A DNA stretch of 20,000 nucleotides from an uncultured virus (IMG/VR IMGVR_UViG_3300027793_000087) (taxonomy: Duplodnaviria > Heunggongvirae > Uroviricota > Caudoviricetes), in IMG/VR virus record IMGVR_UViG_3300027793_000087; one strand, 5' to 3'. Under the pieces are notes generated by a model, which had not been told where the DNA came from, did no database searches, and saw only the letters and a list, made by a program, of their open reading frames with translations. A program made the position numbers and the translations under genes. Below, one piece after another: positions 8,328-14,848 of this stretch (position 1 is its first letter; each line of letters starts with the position of its first letter).

Positions 8328-10202
8328 TTAAATCTCGCATACACCGGCCACGCATGCAAGCATCTGCGCCCCTTCGACGTTGTCAGTCTCTTCTTTAAAC
8401 AGCGACCAGTCAAGCTTTGGCATCTTGGCCTTCAGCTCATTGTACTGCGCCTCCGTGCACTCTTCGTACGGGGCCTGGCGGTACGTGCCTCCGTCGTGCG
8501 GCAGGAACGACACGCCGCTGATCTCGTCAAAGTGCTCCCACACCCAGGCACCGACCGAGGGCCAGTCCTTCTCGTGGACCGAGATCGTCACAGAGGGCTT
8601 GTGCTCGCACCACTGTCTCTGATAGGCAAGCCACAGCTCGAGGTGAGAGATTGACGATACGTCGTCTCTGACCAGCCCCGCGGGCGCCTTTTGCGGAAAG
8701 CTGAATACCGTGGTCTGGGTCGGCTTGTAGACGCAGTCCTCTGCCGGCACGCCCTGTTGTACCAGGAACGAGCTGAGCGGGTCCTTCTTGTCGCCCCTGA
8801 CTCGCCTGATGTAATACTTGGAGTGCCTGGGGTGTATCCCGGAGGCCGAGTCGACCAGCTGTGACACGGTGCCCGAGGGCTTGACGCACGTAATCGCGGC
8901 GCTCTTCTCGATCCCAAGCTTGTTGGCCCAGGACTCGTTTGTCAGACGGGCGTGCTCTCTGAGCTGTGACAGGGTCGATGCAAGAGTCTCATTGTTCGCG
9001 CACATCGCGGTGTTGTCGTAGATACCAGTCAGCGACACTCCGAGCAGTCTCTCCTCCTCGGTGTTGCGCTGCCACACCTTTCGCAGATACGGAAACTTTG
9101 TAAAGGTGGCCTGTATCGTTCCCAGAATTGTCGCCAGCTCGACCTTATTCTTGAGGGTCTCCAGCGTGTCATCGTGTCGAACAACGACCTCGGTAAGGTT
9201 GCAAAATTGATACGGCCGTAAAATGATTTCCGAGCAGGGGTTTGTTCCAAACTCATGCGCGGGATCGCGATGGCCATACTTTGCAACAGTCTTGCGCGCG
9301 GCCTCACGATTAAAAATTCCTCGTTCGCCAGAGTGTGAATTGTAAAGGGAAAGCCACTCCTCCATAAACTTTCCAACCGGCGGAGTCTCATTATAAACCG
9401 CGCTATTGTTGGCGAGTGCACGATGTGGTGCGGTCTCCCACCAAGGACCAGCTTTGGCATGTCGGATCCTTTCGTCGTCCAGGTCTGACAACGAGATCAT
9501 GGCGGAGCGACGAACGCCGCCAACAACCACCACCTCGCCGATCTTGCACATCATGTCGTGACACTCCAGGGTGTTCAGTCGCCGACCTTTCGCATTTTTG
9601 AAAGTGTTGACGGTGAACGTAAATAGGTCCACGAGAGGTCCTGGTCCGCTTGCTCGTCCGCCAAAGGTCTTGAGTCTTGCCCCCGCGGGTCGGACGTTGC
9701 TGACGTCCCACTTCGGGATCTCTCCGGCGTAGAGGTGTGCGATGAGGAGCCGGAGCGCTTTCGCCCAGCCTTCTTTGGAGTCGTGGACAGCGATAACATG
9801 TTCGCTTTCAAAAAGTTGCTCCGGCACCTCGGGCAGCTGAGAAGTGTATTTAGATTCAACGCTGAACCCGACGCCAGTACCGCAGAGCAGGATGAACATA
9901 GCTTCATCGAAAGACTTCGGGTCGTCGACGGGGAGATACGAACAGTTATAGATGCAGGTGTTATCACGGTCGGCACTCTTTCCTGCCGTCATCATGGCAC
10001 GCATCGACGGCATAACTTTTAGGTTGTAGATTGCGTCGTAAATCTCGTCTTTCAGTTCTTTGTTTGCGGTGATGGCCGGCGTGCGGCTAAAGATGTAATC
10101 AACGAAGCGCCACACGGTCTCGCTCCACTGCTCCCGGCGACCCTTGTCGTCGATGTAGCGGGCGTAGCGGCTGGCGGCGATGTATTCTTGGTACTGGTCC
10201 AT
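8328..10202 (-). CDS. nrdJ: Class II (adenosylcobalamin-dependent) ribonucleotide reductase, monomeric RTPR type
   Basis: PSMRAM, YNCSY, GTGVGFSV, VVVGGVRRSAMISL, catalytic GTNPCSEI, FCNLTEV, TCVKPSGTVSQL, EHKPSVT and C-terminal CVAGVCEI. No nrdB is nearby. Confidence 0.95.
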   Translation of the reverse strand: MDQYQEYIAASRYARYIDDKGRREQWSETVWRFVDYIFSRTPAITANKELKDEIYDAIYNLKVMPSMRAMMTAGKSADRDNTCIYNCSYLPVDDPKSFDEAMFILLCGTGVGFSVESKYTSQLPEVPEQLFESEHVIAVHDSKEGWAKALRLLIAHLYAGEIPKWDVSNVRPAGARLKTFGGRASGPGPLVDLFTFTVNTFKNAKGRRLNTLECHDMMCKIGEVVVVGGVRRSAMISLSDLDDERIRHAKAGPWWETAPHRALANNSAVYNETPPVGKFMEEWLSLYNSHSGERGIFNREAARKTVAKYGHRDPAHEFGTNPCSEIILRPYQFCNLTEVVVRHDDTLETLKNKVELATILGTIQATFTKFPYLRKVWQRNTEEERLLGVSLTGIYDNTAMCANNETLASTLSQLREHARLTNESWANKLGIEKSAAITCVKPSGTVSQLVDSASGIHPRHSKYYIRRVRGDKKDPLSSFLVQQGVPAEDCVYKPTQTTVFSFPQKAPAGLVRDDVSSISHLELWLAYQRQWCEHKPSVTISVHEKDWPSVGAWVWEHFDEISGVSFLPHDGGTYRQAPYEECTEAQYNELKAKMPKLDWSLFKEETDNVEGAQMLACVAGVCEI

Positions 10203-10235
10203 GTATTTTTCTTATCAAATTAGATGGTGAAAGGG

Positions 10236-10258
10236 CCCGCCGGCACCAGGCCGGCGGG
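10236..10258. promoter_or_regulatory. 9-bp GC hairpin upstream of nrdJ (weak terminator or mRNA stabiliser)
   Basis: CCCGCCGGC-ACCAG-GCCGGCGGG; on the - strand it is followed only by CCCUUUC. Confidence 0.5.
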
Positions 10259-10279
10259 GTACAACACAACAACAAGGAA

Positions 10280-10666
10280 TTACTTCTTGGCTGCTGCCTT
10301 TTTCTTCTTGGCCGCGGGCTTCTTGGGTGCGGGCTTGACCTCCTCCTCATCGTCATCCCTGTCACTGCCAAGTATCGACCAGATGCTCTTGTTGGCCTTC
10401 TTGACGTCCTGCATGGGTAGGCCAAGAGCGGTCTCATAAAAGTCAAGCGCCTGCTGCATGCTGTCTCGCATAACGCGTAGCATGTCAACGGATGACTTCT
10501 CCGACCAGGGGCCAACATAAAAACGGGCCTTGTTCTCTCCGTCGCCGATGTCCAGCGTCAGGTCAAAGTCGGTCGGCGATGTGGCAACCCCACGGAGTAC
10601 TACGTACTCCTGGGTGCCCGGGAAAAACTTGGAGAAAGATACCTTCTCCGTTGCCTTCTTACTCAA
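10280..10666 (-). CDS. Hypothetical protein with acidic patch and Lys/Ala-rich tail
   Basis: Start reassigned to TTG 10666 after SD AGGAG. C-terminus DDDEEEVKPAPKKPAAKKKKAAAKK. Confidence 0.7.
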   Translation of the reverse strand: MSKKATEKVSFSKFFPGTQEYVVLRGVATSPTDFDLTLDIGDGENKARFYVGPWSEKSSVDMLRVMRDSMQQALDFYETALGLPMQDVKKANKSIWSILGSDRDDDEEEVKPAPKKPAAKKKKAAAKK

Positions 10667-10685
10667 TTTATTTCTCCTGATGGGG

Positions 10686-11198
10686 TTAAACTGCAAAATC
10701 CTCAGCGGCCGTGGTGGCACCGCCAAGCTTCTCTCCGTCTTCCATCTTCTGGACGTTGTTTAGTCCGCAGCCCACGCCCTTAGATCCGTTGCTGTTGTAG
10801 GCAAAGAAGCTGATTGAGGCACGGCCAAGACAGCCAGAGTAAAACTCCGAGCGGTCGATAATCGGGTTCAGGTCTGCATCGACCACGCCAGGCTTTTGCT
10901 GGCTGTTGGCGTTGATGAAGTACGAGTTGGCGTATGCCGGGTCGTCCTTCTCTGCATCGCCGTCACGCAGGCCGCCCTTGAGGCCCTTGGGGATGGTGCC
11001 GCCCCAGACAGACTTGTTGTCTTCCTTGACCTGTTCGATAGCCTTGTTGATGCGCTCGATGGTGTCCTTGTCGGACTTGGGGATGATGATTGAAACGGAG
11101 TACTTTGGAACGCCGCCTTCCTGCGCCGCCTGCGGCTCAAACACGTGGGCGTAAGAGAAGCGAACCTTACCTGTTACTACCTTTACTGACTTTGCCAT
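10686..11198 (-). CDS. Phage single-stranded DNA-binding protein (DUF2815 / T7 gp2.5-like)
   Basis: VTGKVRFSYAHVFEP, KYSVSIIIPKSD, GLRDGD, YFINANS, FYSGC, NGSKGVGCGLNNVQK and terminal AAEDF. ATG 11198 has SD AAGGAG. Confidence 0.9.
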   Translation of the reverse strand: MAKSVKVVTGKVRFSYAHVFEPQAAQEGGVPKYSVSIIIPKSDKDTIERINKAIEQVKEDNKSVWGGTIPKGLKGGLRDGDAEKDDPAYANSYFINANSQQKPGVVDADLNPIIDRSEFYSGCLGRASISFFAYNSNGSKGVGCGLNNVQKMEDGEKLGGATTAAEDFAV

Positions 11199-11222
11199 AC
11201 TAGGCTCCTTGTTTAGCGTCAT

Positions 11223-11251
11223 GGCCCTGAGATCCGGCGGGCCTGTCCCGG
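11223..11251 (-). promoter_or_regulatory. Candidate H-type pseudoknot in the SSB leader
   Basis: The - strand reads CCGG-GACA-GGCCC-G-CCGG-AUCUCA-GGGCC: stem 1 CCGG/CCGG and stem 2 GGCCC/GGGCC, just upstream of the SD. Confidence 0.5.
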
Positions 11252-11254
11252 CTA

Positions 11255-11422
11255 CTACTCTGACTTATCACCGACCTCAAACGAGTCGATTATAAGACCG
11301 ATCTGTCCGATAGTGTAACCTATAAAGGCCACCATCATTCCGATGCGTCGCACCTTGAGGTACGACAGCGTCGTGAAGATGTACATCAGACCGACCAGGG
11401 AAAGAAATACGTGTGGGCTCAT
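11255..11422 (-). CDS. Small membrane protein, 55 aa, two hydrophobic segments (not in ORF track)
   Basis: MSPHVFLSLVGLMYIFTTLSYLKVRRIGMMVAFIGYTIGQIGLIIDSFEVGDKSE; ATGA overlap with the upstream stop. Confidence 0.7.
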   Translation of the reverse strand: MSPHVFLSLVGLMYIFTTLSYLKVRRIGMMVAFIGYTIGQIGLIIDSFEVGDKSE

Positions 11423-11697
11423 TGATCGAAGATTGTATCATCAATGAACACCGGGGTGTTGTCTCCAACGTAGGCGCCTACGATGTTGAACTGGTACCAC
11501 TCCATGGCCTCATCGGGGTCCATCCTGTCGTGCTTAATCAGCAGCTGGACAACCTTGGGCTCGCTGTATGCCACGGCCATCATGCCCGAGGCGCTGGTGG
11601 CGACTCCGATGATCGCCTCGTCAAAGTACTCTGGGTCCAGGAAAAGTAGCTCGCTCCCGTCGAGGTAGTTGTCGGCAATCTGCTGTCGTTTGCTCAC
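11419..11697 (-). CDS. Conserved-type phage hypothetical protein
   Basis: GTGA coupling upstream; FDEAIIGV...AVAYS...DEAMEWYQFNIVGAYVGDNTPVF is a pattern familiar from small phage proteins. Confidence 0.75.
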   Translation of the reverse strand: MSKRQQIADNYLDGSELLFLDPEYFDEAIIGVATSASGMMAVAYSEPKVVQLLIKHDRMDPDEAMEWYQFNIVGAYVGDNTPVFIDDTIFDQ

Positions 11698-12827
11698 TTG
11701 AAGTCCTCCTGTGCGGTGTTGTCTTCCTTGACAAGCTTTGGGGCTCCCTCGGGCTTTACGATAAACGCGGAGAGCAGGTCTGCGATGTAGCCCTTCTTGC
11801 CAAGCTTCTCAAGCTTGGCGACAGACTTCAGTGTCGCAGGCTCTGTAATGTCCTCTTCTTTAAAACCTTTGTCAAGCAGAACGGTCTTGGCCAGCAGCTC
11901 GTCGGTGATCTTTCGGTGCGTCTTGGTAGGCACCAAGGCGTAGCCTTTCGGCGTCTTGCCTGTATTGATCGCCCGATCGGTAAAGTAAGCCTCCAGGTCT
12001 GCCACGTAGGACCGCAGGCTTGCGGCTCTGGAAAACACAAGCTCCAACTCGTCGTCGCTTAACAGAGCAGGCTCGCGGAACTCCAGCTTGGCCACCTCGT
12101 TGATGTAGTCTGACCTGGCGCGACAGGTGTGCTTCGCGCGGCAGAATTGGCAGTGATCGCCGGCGATAAACTCCCCGGTGCCTGACCAGGCGCGCTTTGC
12201 TTTTTGTTTTACAAAGGTGTTGGCCCAGTCGAGCAGTCGGGCCAGAGATGTACCGTCGGTCGTTATGCTGTCGAGCCGCGGCTGGACAATCGTGTACTCG
12301 ACCTCTTTGATGTCCGGGAACTCGTCTTTGAACTTGCTCCAGGCGCCGAGCGCGTAGAGCCTGAGCTGCGAGTTGTCTTTCGCCGAGACGGGGATGCCTT
12401 TTCCAAACTTGAGGTCGATGACTCTGACCTTGTGCTGTGAAAGTATGACGACATCAGCAGTACCAAATCCGTCAGGAGCCCAGTCAGAATAATCCACGCG
12501 CTGCTCAAATAGCGGAGTGTCAGCCTCACCAATCTGGCTGCGGACGTATAGAACATAGTTGTCAACATATTCCTCGAACTCCTGGTTGTAGTATGGCGTG
12601 GCCTTGATGATCTCGTACTCGCGCTGAAACTCCTCATACCCAATTTGGGCGTAATGATGCCTAAGCTTGATCTCTGCCAGGGTGTGGGCCATGGTGCCCT
12701 CCTGGCTGTAGTCAAAGCTTCCTGCGGACTTCTTTAGCTCTGGGAGTGTCGCCTCGAGGCGAGCGCTGGGCGTGCAGAGCAGCCAGCGGTGGGACGACGA
12801 TGCGGAAAGGACGGCGTGGGCGGTCAT
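11694..12827 (-). CDS. DUF2800 family PD-(D/E)XK (Cas4-like) nuclease
   Basis: HAVLSASSSHRWLLCTPS, EGTMAH, FGTADVV, VIDLKFGKG, QLRLYALGA, IVQPR, HCQFCRAKHTC; usual neighbour of DUF2815 and polA. Confidence 0.9.
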   Translation of the reverse strand: MTAHAVLSASSSHRWLLCTPSARLEATLPELKKSAGSFDYSQEGTMAHTLAEIKLRHHYAQIGYEEFQREYEIIKATPYYNQEFEEYVDNYVLYVRSQIGEADTPLFEQRVDYSDWAPDGFGTADVVILSQHKVRVIDLKFGKGIPVSAKDNSQLRLYALGAWSKFKDEFPDIKEVEYTIVQPRLDSITTDGTSLARLLDWANTFVKQKAKRAWSGTGEFIAGDHCQFCRAKHTCRARSDYINEVAKLEFREPALLSDDELELVFSRAASLRSYVADLEAYFTDRAINTGKTPKGYALVPTKTHRKITDELLAKTVLLDKGFKEEDITEPATLKSVAKLEKLGKKGYIADLLSAFIVKPEGAPKLVKEDNTAQEDFK

Positions 12828-12870
12828 GTCGGTTTGCCTTGTTAGCGGTTTGTGGTAATACCACTAATGC

Positions 12871-12898
12871 AAAAAGGCACCGCCGCGGGTGCCTTTTT
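12871..12898. terminator. Intrinsic terminator, potentially bidirectional
   Basis: AAAAAGGCACC-GCCGCG-GGTGCCTTTTT, about 30 nt downstream of the 12930 stop. Confidence 0.75.
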
Positions 12899-12929
12899 CC
12901 GACTAAAACGGTTGGTCTTTTTTGGTGCG

Positions 12930-13319
12930 CTACTCTTTGGCGGCCTTGAGCTGCTTGATCAGGTCGTTGACGGCGCCGGAGAAATCTACCACGACGTCGG
13001 CCTTGAGCTCGACTTTGTTCTCACGCGTCTCCCTGTAATCGGATTGGAATTGACCGCGGAGTGCGATCTCCGCCAGCCGTGAGTTGTAGGCCTTGTTGCC
13101 GACGTTTGCCAGCAGCTCGCGCTCCCAATGCGCCTGGCTGTGTACGATGGCCAGCTCGAGGGCGTCGGCGAAGTCTGGGTACTTTTTCTTCCAGTCCTCG
13201 GCCACGCCCTTGGTGATGCCGATCGCGGAGAACATCATCTTCTGCGATGCACCCGTCTTGCCCATCTCGATTAGTGTATCGCACATCTCGGGCTTGAATG
13301 TGTACTTTCGTTTTGACAT
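12930..13319 (-). CDS. Putative terminase small subunit / HTH DNA-packaging protein
   Basis: KYTFKPEMCDTLIEMGKTGAS...AIGIT...WKKKYPDFADALELA...WE pattern resembles small terminases. Confidence 0.55.
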   Translation of the reverse strand: MSKRKYTFKPEMCDTLIEMGKTGASQKMMFSAIGITKGVAEDWKKKYPDFADALELAIVHSQAHWERELLANVGNKAYNSRLAEIALRGQFQSDYRETRENKVELKADVVVDFSGAVNDLIKQLKAAKE

Positions 13320-13507
13320 TACTTTTTGGCCGTCTTGGCCGACTCCCTGAATGCCTTCGCGGTGGGCGCTCCCTCCGATCCGGGCTTACGCATTTTTTCT
13401 CCTGACCCTCTTTCTATCCGCTCTCGTTTGGCGTGGATGTTGGCGTACAGGCCGGGCTTTGCGGACCCGCCGGCTGCCATCTTGGGTAGTGTTTTAAAGT
13501 CGTCCAT
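13319..13507 (-). CDS. Small basic protein (62 aa) with an N-terminal leader ending MAAGG
   Basis: ATG 13507 after SD AGGTGA; MDDFKTLPKMAAGG-SAKPGLYANIHAKRERIERGSGEKMRKPGSEGAPTAKAFRESAKTAKK; TAATG coupling to the next gene. Confidence 0.75.
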   Translation of the reverse strand: MDDFKTLPKMAAGGSAKPGLYANIHAKRERIERGSGEKMRKPGSEGAPTAKAFRESAKTAKK

Positions 13508-13527
13508 GTGTATCACCTGATGATATC

Positions 13528-13563
13528 GAAATGTCGGCACTTATTGATAACTGCCGACATTTC
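13528..13563. promoter_or_regulatory. 12-bp hairpin immediately 3' of the tmRNA-like gene
   Basis: GAAATGTCGGCA-cttattgataac-TGCCGACATTTC, beginning 5 nt after the encoded CCA on the - strand. Confidence 0.65.
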
Positions 13564-13568
13564 CGTAT

Positions 13569-13648
13569 TGGTGGAGCCGCCGGGATTCGCACCCGGGTCC
13601 GCCGGGTTCGCTTCGGTTTTATCCCGTCGTCGAAACTATTCCGGCCCC
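13569..13648 (-). ncRNA. tmRNA-like RNA reduced to the tRNA-like domain (80 nt, no tag reading frame)
   Basis: GGGGCCG GAAUAGUUUCGAC GACGGGAU AAAACCGAAGCGA ACCCGGC GGAC CCGGG UGCGAAU CCCGG CGGCUCC ACCA. It has a 7-bp acceptor stem with a G3-U wobble, discriminator A, encoded CCA, a stemless D-loop ending UUCGAC, and GGAC before a 5-bp T-stem. Confidence 0.8.
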
Positions 13649-13649
13649 G

Positions 13650-13781
13650 TTATTTTTTCTTCTCTGCCTTCTTCTCGGCTTTTTTCTCGGCAGGCTTGTC
13701 TGCCTTCTTGTCGGCGGCAAGGGCCAGGGGTGATGCGGTTACGAATGCCGCTGCCAGCAGAGACGCGATAATCTTTTTCAT
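13650..13781 (-). CDS. Small secreted Lys/Ala/Glu-rich peptide, 43 aa (not in ORF track)
   Basis: MKKIIASLLAAAFVTASPLALA-ADKKADKPAEKKAEKKAEKKK; SD AAAGGA; classic Sec signal peptide with an A-L-A cleavage site. Confidence 0.8.
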   Translation of the reverse strand: MKKIIASLLAAAFVTASPLALAADKKADKPAEKKAEKKAEKKK

Positions 13782-13797
13782 TGGCTTTCCTTTAGGG

Positions 13798-13892
13798 TGG
13801 TGGGTGCCGGGGATTCCACCCGGCCTCCTCTTCGTTTTAGAGCCCGCGAGTCCTGGGCTTGATAGGGCGTCTCACGACGTGCCTACCTCTAC
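13798..13892 (-). ncRNA. Candidate structured RNA / leader with several hairpins, ending in a T-arm-like hairpin and ACCA
   Basis: GGUAGG-CA-CGUC-GUGA-GACG-C-CCUAUC; AGCCC...GGGCU; GCCGGG-UGGAAUC-CCCGGC followed by ACCCACCA. Confidence 0.45.
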
Positions 13893-14084
13893 CTATGCAG
13901 AAATGATACCGTCGCCGCCCTTGATCTGTTCCTTGGCCTGCTCGGCCTTCTTTCTATCGGCGAGTGCCTGGTTCAGTATGACCTTGGTCATGGCCGCGGC
14001 CCGCTCCTGGCGCTCTGCCTCCTTGGTCGGGTCGGTCATAGGTCGCAGGTACTTGGCCAGCTTGCGTCTCATCTCTCGGTTCAT
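13893..14084 (-). CDS. Hypothetical protein, 63 aa
   Basis: ATGA coupling and SD GGAG; helical, charged sequence. Confidence 0.65.
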   Translation of the reverse strand: MNREMRRKLAKYLRPMTDPTKEAERQERAAAMTKVILNQALADRKKAEQAKEQIKGGDGIISA

Positions 14085-14326
14085 ATCTTCTTCTCCCTAA
14101 CCATTTTCTCGTAAATGTCCCACAGCTTCTGGCATCTCAGGTTGTGGATCTCCTGCAGGCCCAGGAGCAGGTTTGCCACCTGGTCCTCGCTCAGCTTATC
14201 CATGCCGTCGTAGTACTGCTCCCAGATCAGCTTGATGTCCTCGCTGGTCGTCCAGGCGGACATGATGGCCTGCTCCAGGTCAAACCTGTCTAGGCTGCTT
14301 TTTAGGCTTTCTGTTTCCTGCTGCAT
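14081..14326 (-). CDS. Hypothetical phage protein
   Basis: ATG 14326 after SD AAGGAGG; DRFDLEQAIMSAW...DQVANLLLGL...LW pattern. Confidence 0.7.
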   Translation of the reverse strand: MQQETESLKSSLDRFDLEQAIMSAWTTSEDIKLIWEQYYDGMDKLSEDQVANLLLGLQEIHNLRCQKLWDIYEKMVREKKI

Positions 14327-14543
14327 TTTCTTCCTCCTTGATTGCGTCAAACAGCTCGTTGAAATTGGAGCGCAGCCTGGCGCTCAGATCTGCCAGCTGG
14401 TCCGATATGTTGTGCAGGGCGTACTCAACGTCTCGCCTGTTTGCCTCCTCGGCACCGTACGAGACGACCCTTACCGTGCTCTCCAGTACGTCGAGCCGGA
14501 TGCTGACGTTCTCGATGTCTGTCAAAAGTTTAAAGTGTTTCAT
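14280..14543 (-). CDS. Hypothetical coiled-coil protein
   Basis: ATGA coupling with the upstream stop; heptad-like hydrophobic pattern. Confidence 0.7.
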   Translation of the reverse strand: MKHFKLLTDIENVSIRLDVLESTVRVVSYGAEEANRRDVEYALHNISDQLADLSARLRSNFNELFDAIKEEENAAGNRKPKKQPRQV

Positions 14544-14848
14544 ACCCCAAGCTCCTTCTGTATCAGCTCCACGCCGCGCTTGAAATGATACCGCCAGTAT
14601 TTCTCGGTCACCTTCAAGTCCGCGGCGCTGTTGCCCATTAAAAATGCCTCCATGACCTCCCTCTGCTTCTGCGGCATTTTGTCCTGGATCACGCGACGTA
14701 TGTCGATCATGTCGTCGTGCGTCCAGGGCAGCCAGCCGTCCGTCATCGAGCCAGAGATGCCCTCGATGTCCTCCTGCTCCATAAGGTCCGGCTCCTCGTC
14801 GGACAGGCGCGGAGCGGCGCAGTTAATTTTATATTTTGTAATGTTCAT
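14540..14848 (-). CDS. Putative sigma-70 region 4-like HTH regulator
   Basis: C-half DIRRVIQDKMPQKQREVMEAFLMGNSAADLKVT...RYHFKRGVELIQKEL resembles sigma region 4; ATGA-coupled to the helicase. Confidence 0.5.
   Translation of the reverse strand: MNITKYKINCAAPRLSDEEPDLMEQEDIEGISGSMTDGWLPWTHDDMIDIRRVIQDKMPQKQREVMEAFLMGNSAADLKVTEKYWRYHFKRGVELIQKELGV

Noticed and set aside
8087..8413. 108-aa - strand ORF after nrdJ
   Set aside because: It starts inside nrdJ, has no recognisable motif or clear SD, and crosses the structured RNA and U-tract. It cannot be entirely excluded.
6000..10202. Introns or inteins in polA or nrdJ; stop-codon reassignment
   Set aside because: Both genes are continuous and of normal length, and TAA, TAG and TGA all terminate well-supported genes.
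11277..11468. 63-aa - strand ORF from the track
   Set aside because: An alternative frame (11255..11422) has ATGA coupling and a coherent two-TM sequence.
11694..12827. Cas4-like protein as a sign of a CRISPR system
   Set aside because: No repeat-spacer array or other cas genes are visible; DUF2800 beside SSB and polA is a standard phage replication module.
13569..13648. Canonical tRNA-Ala, permuted two-piece tmRNA, or attP fragment
   Set aside because: There is no D-stem or 7-nt anticodon loop. The order is 5' end then CCA end, so it is not permuted. Both ends are present and paired, and no integrase is in the window.
13820..13862. Twister-ribozyme-like words (AAGCCC...UAAAA...GAGG) on the - strand
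   Set aside because: I could not find the upstream UAA cleavage-site strand or a matching P2 partner.
13531..14100. 189-aa + strand ORF
   Set aside because: Antisense shadow of the RNA gene, the signal-peptide ORF and the 63-aa ORF, which have better SD and coupling evidence.
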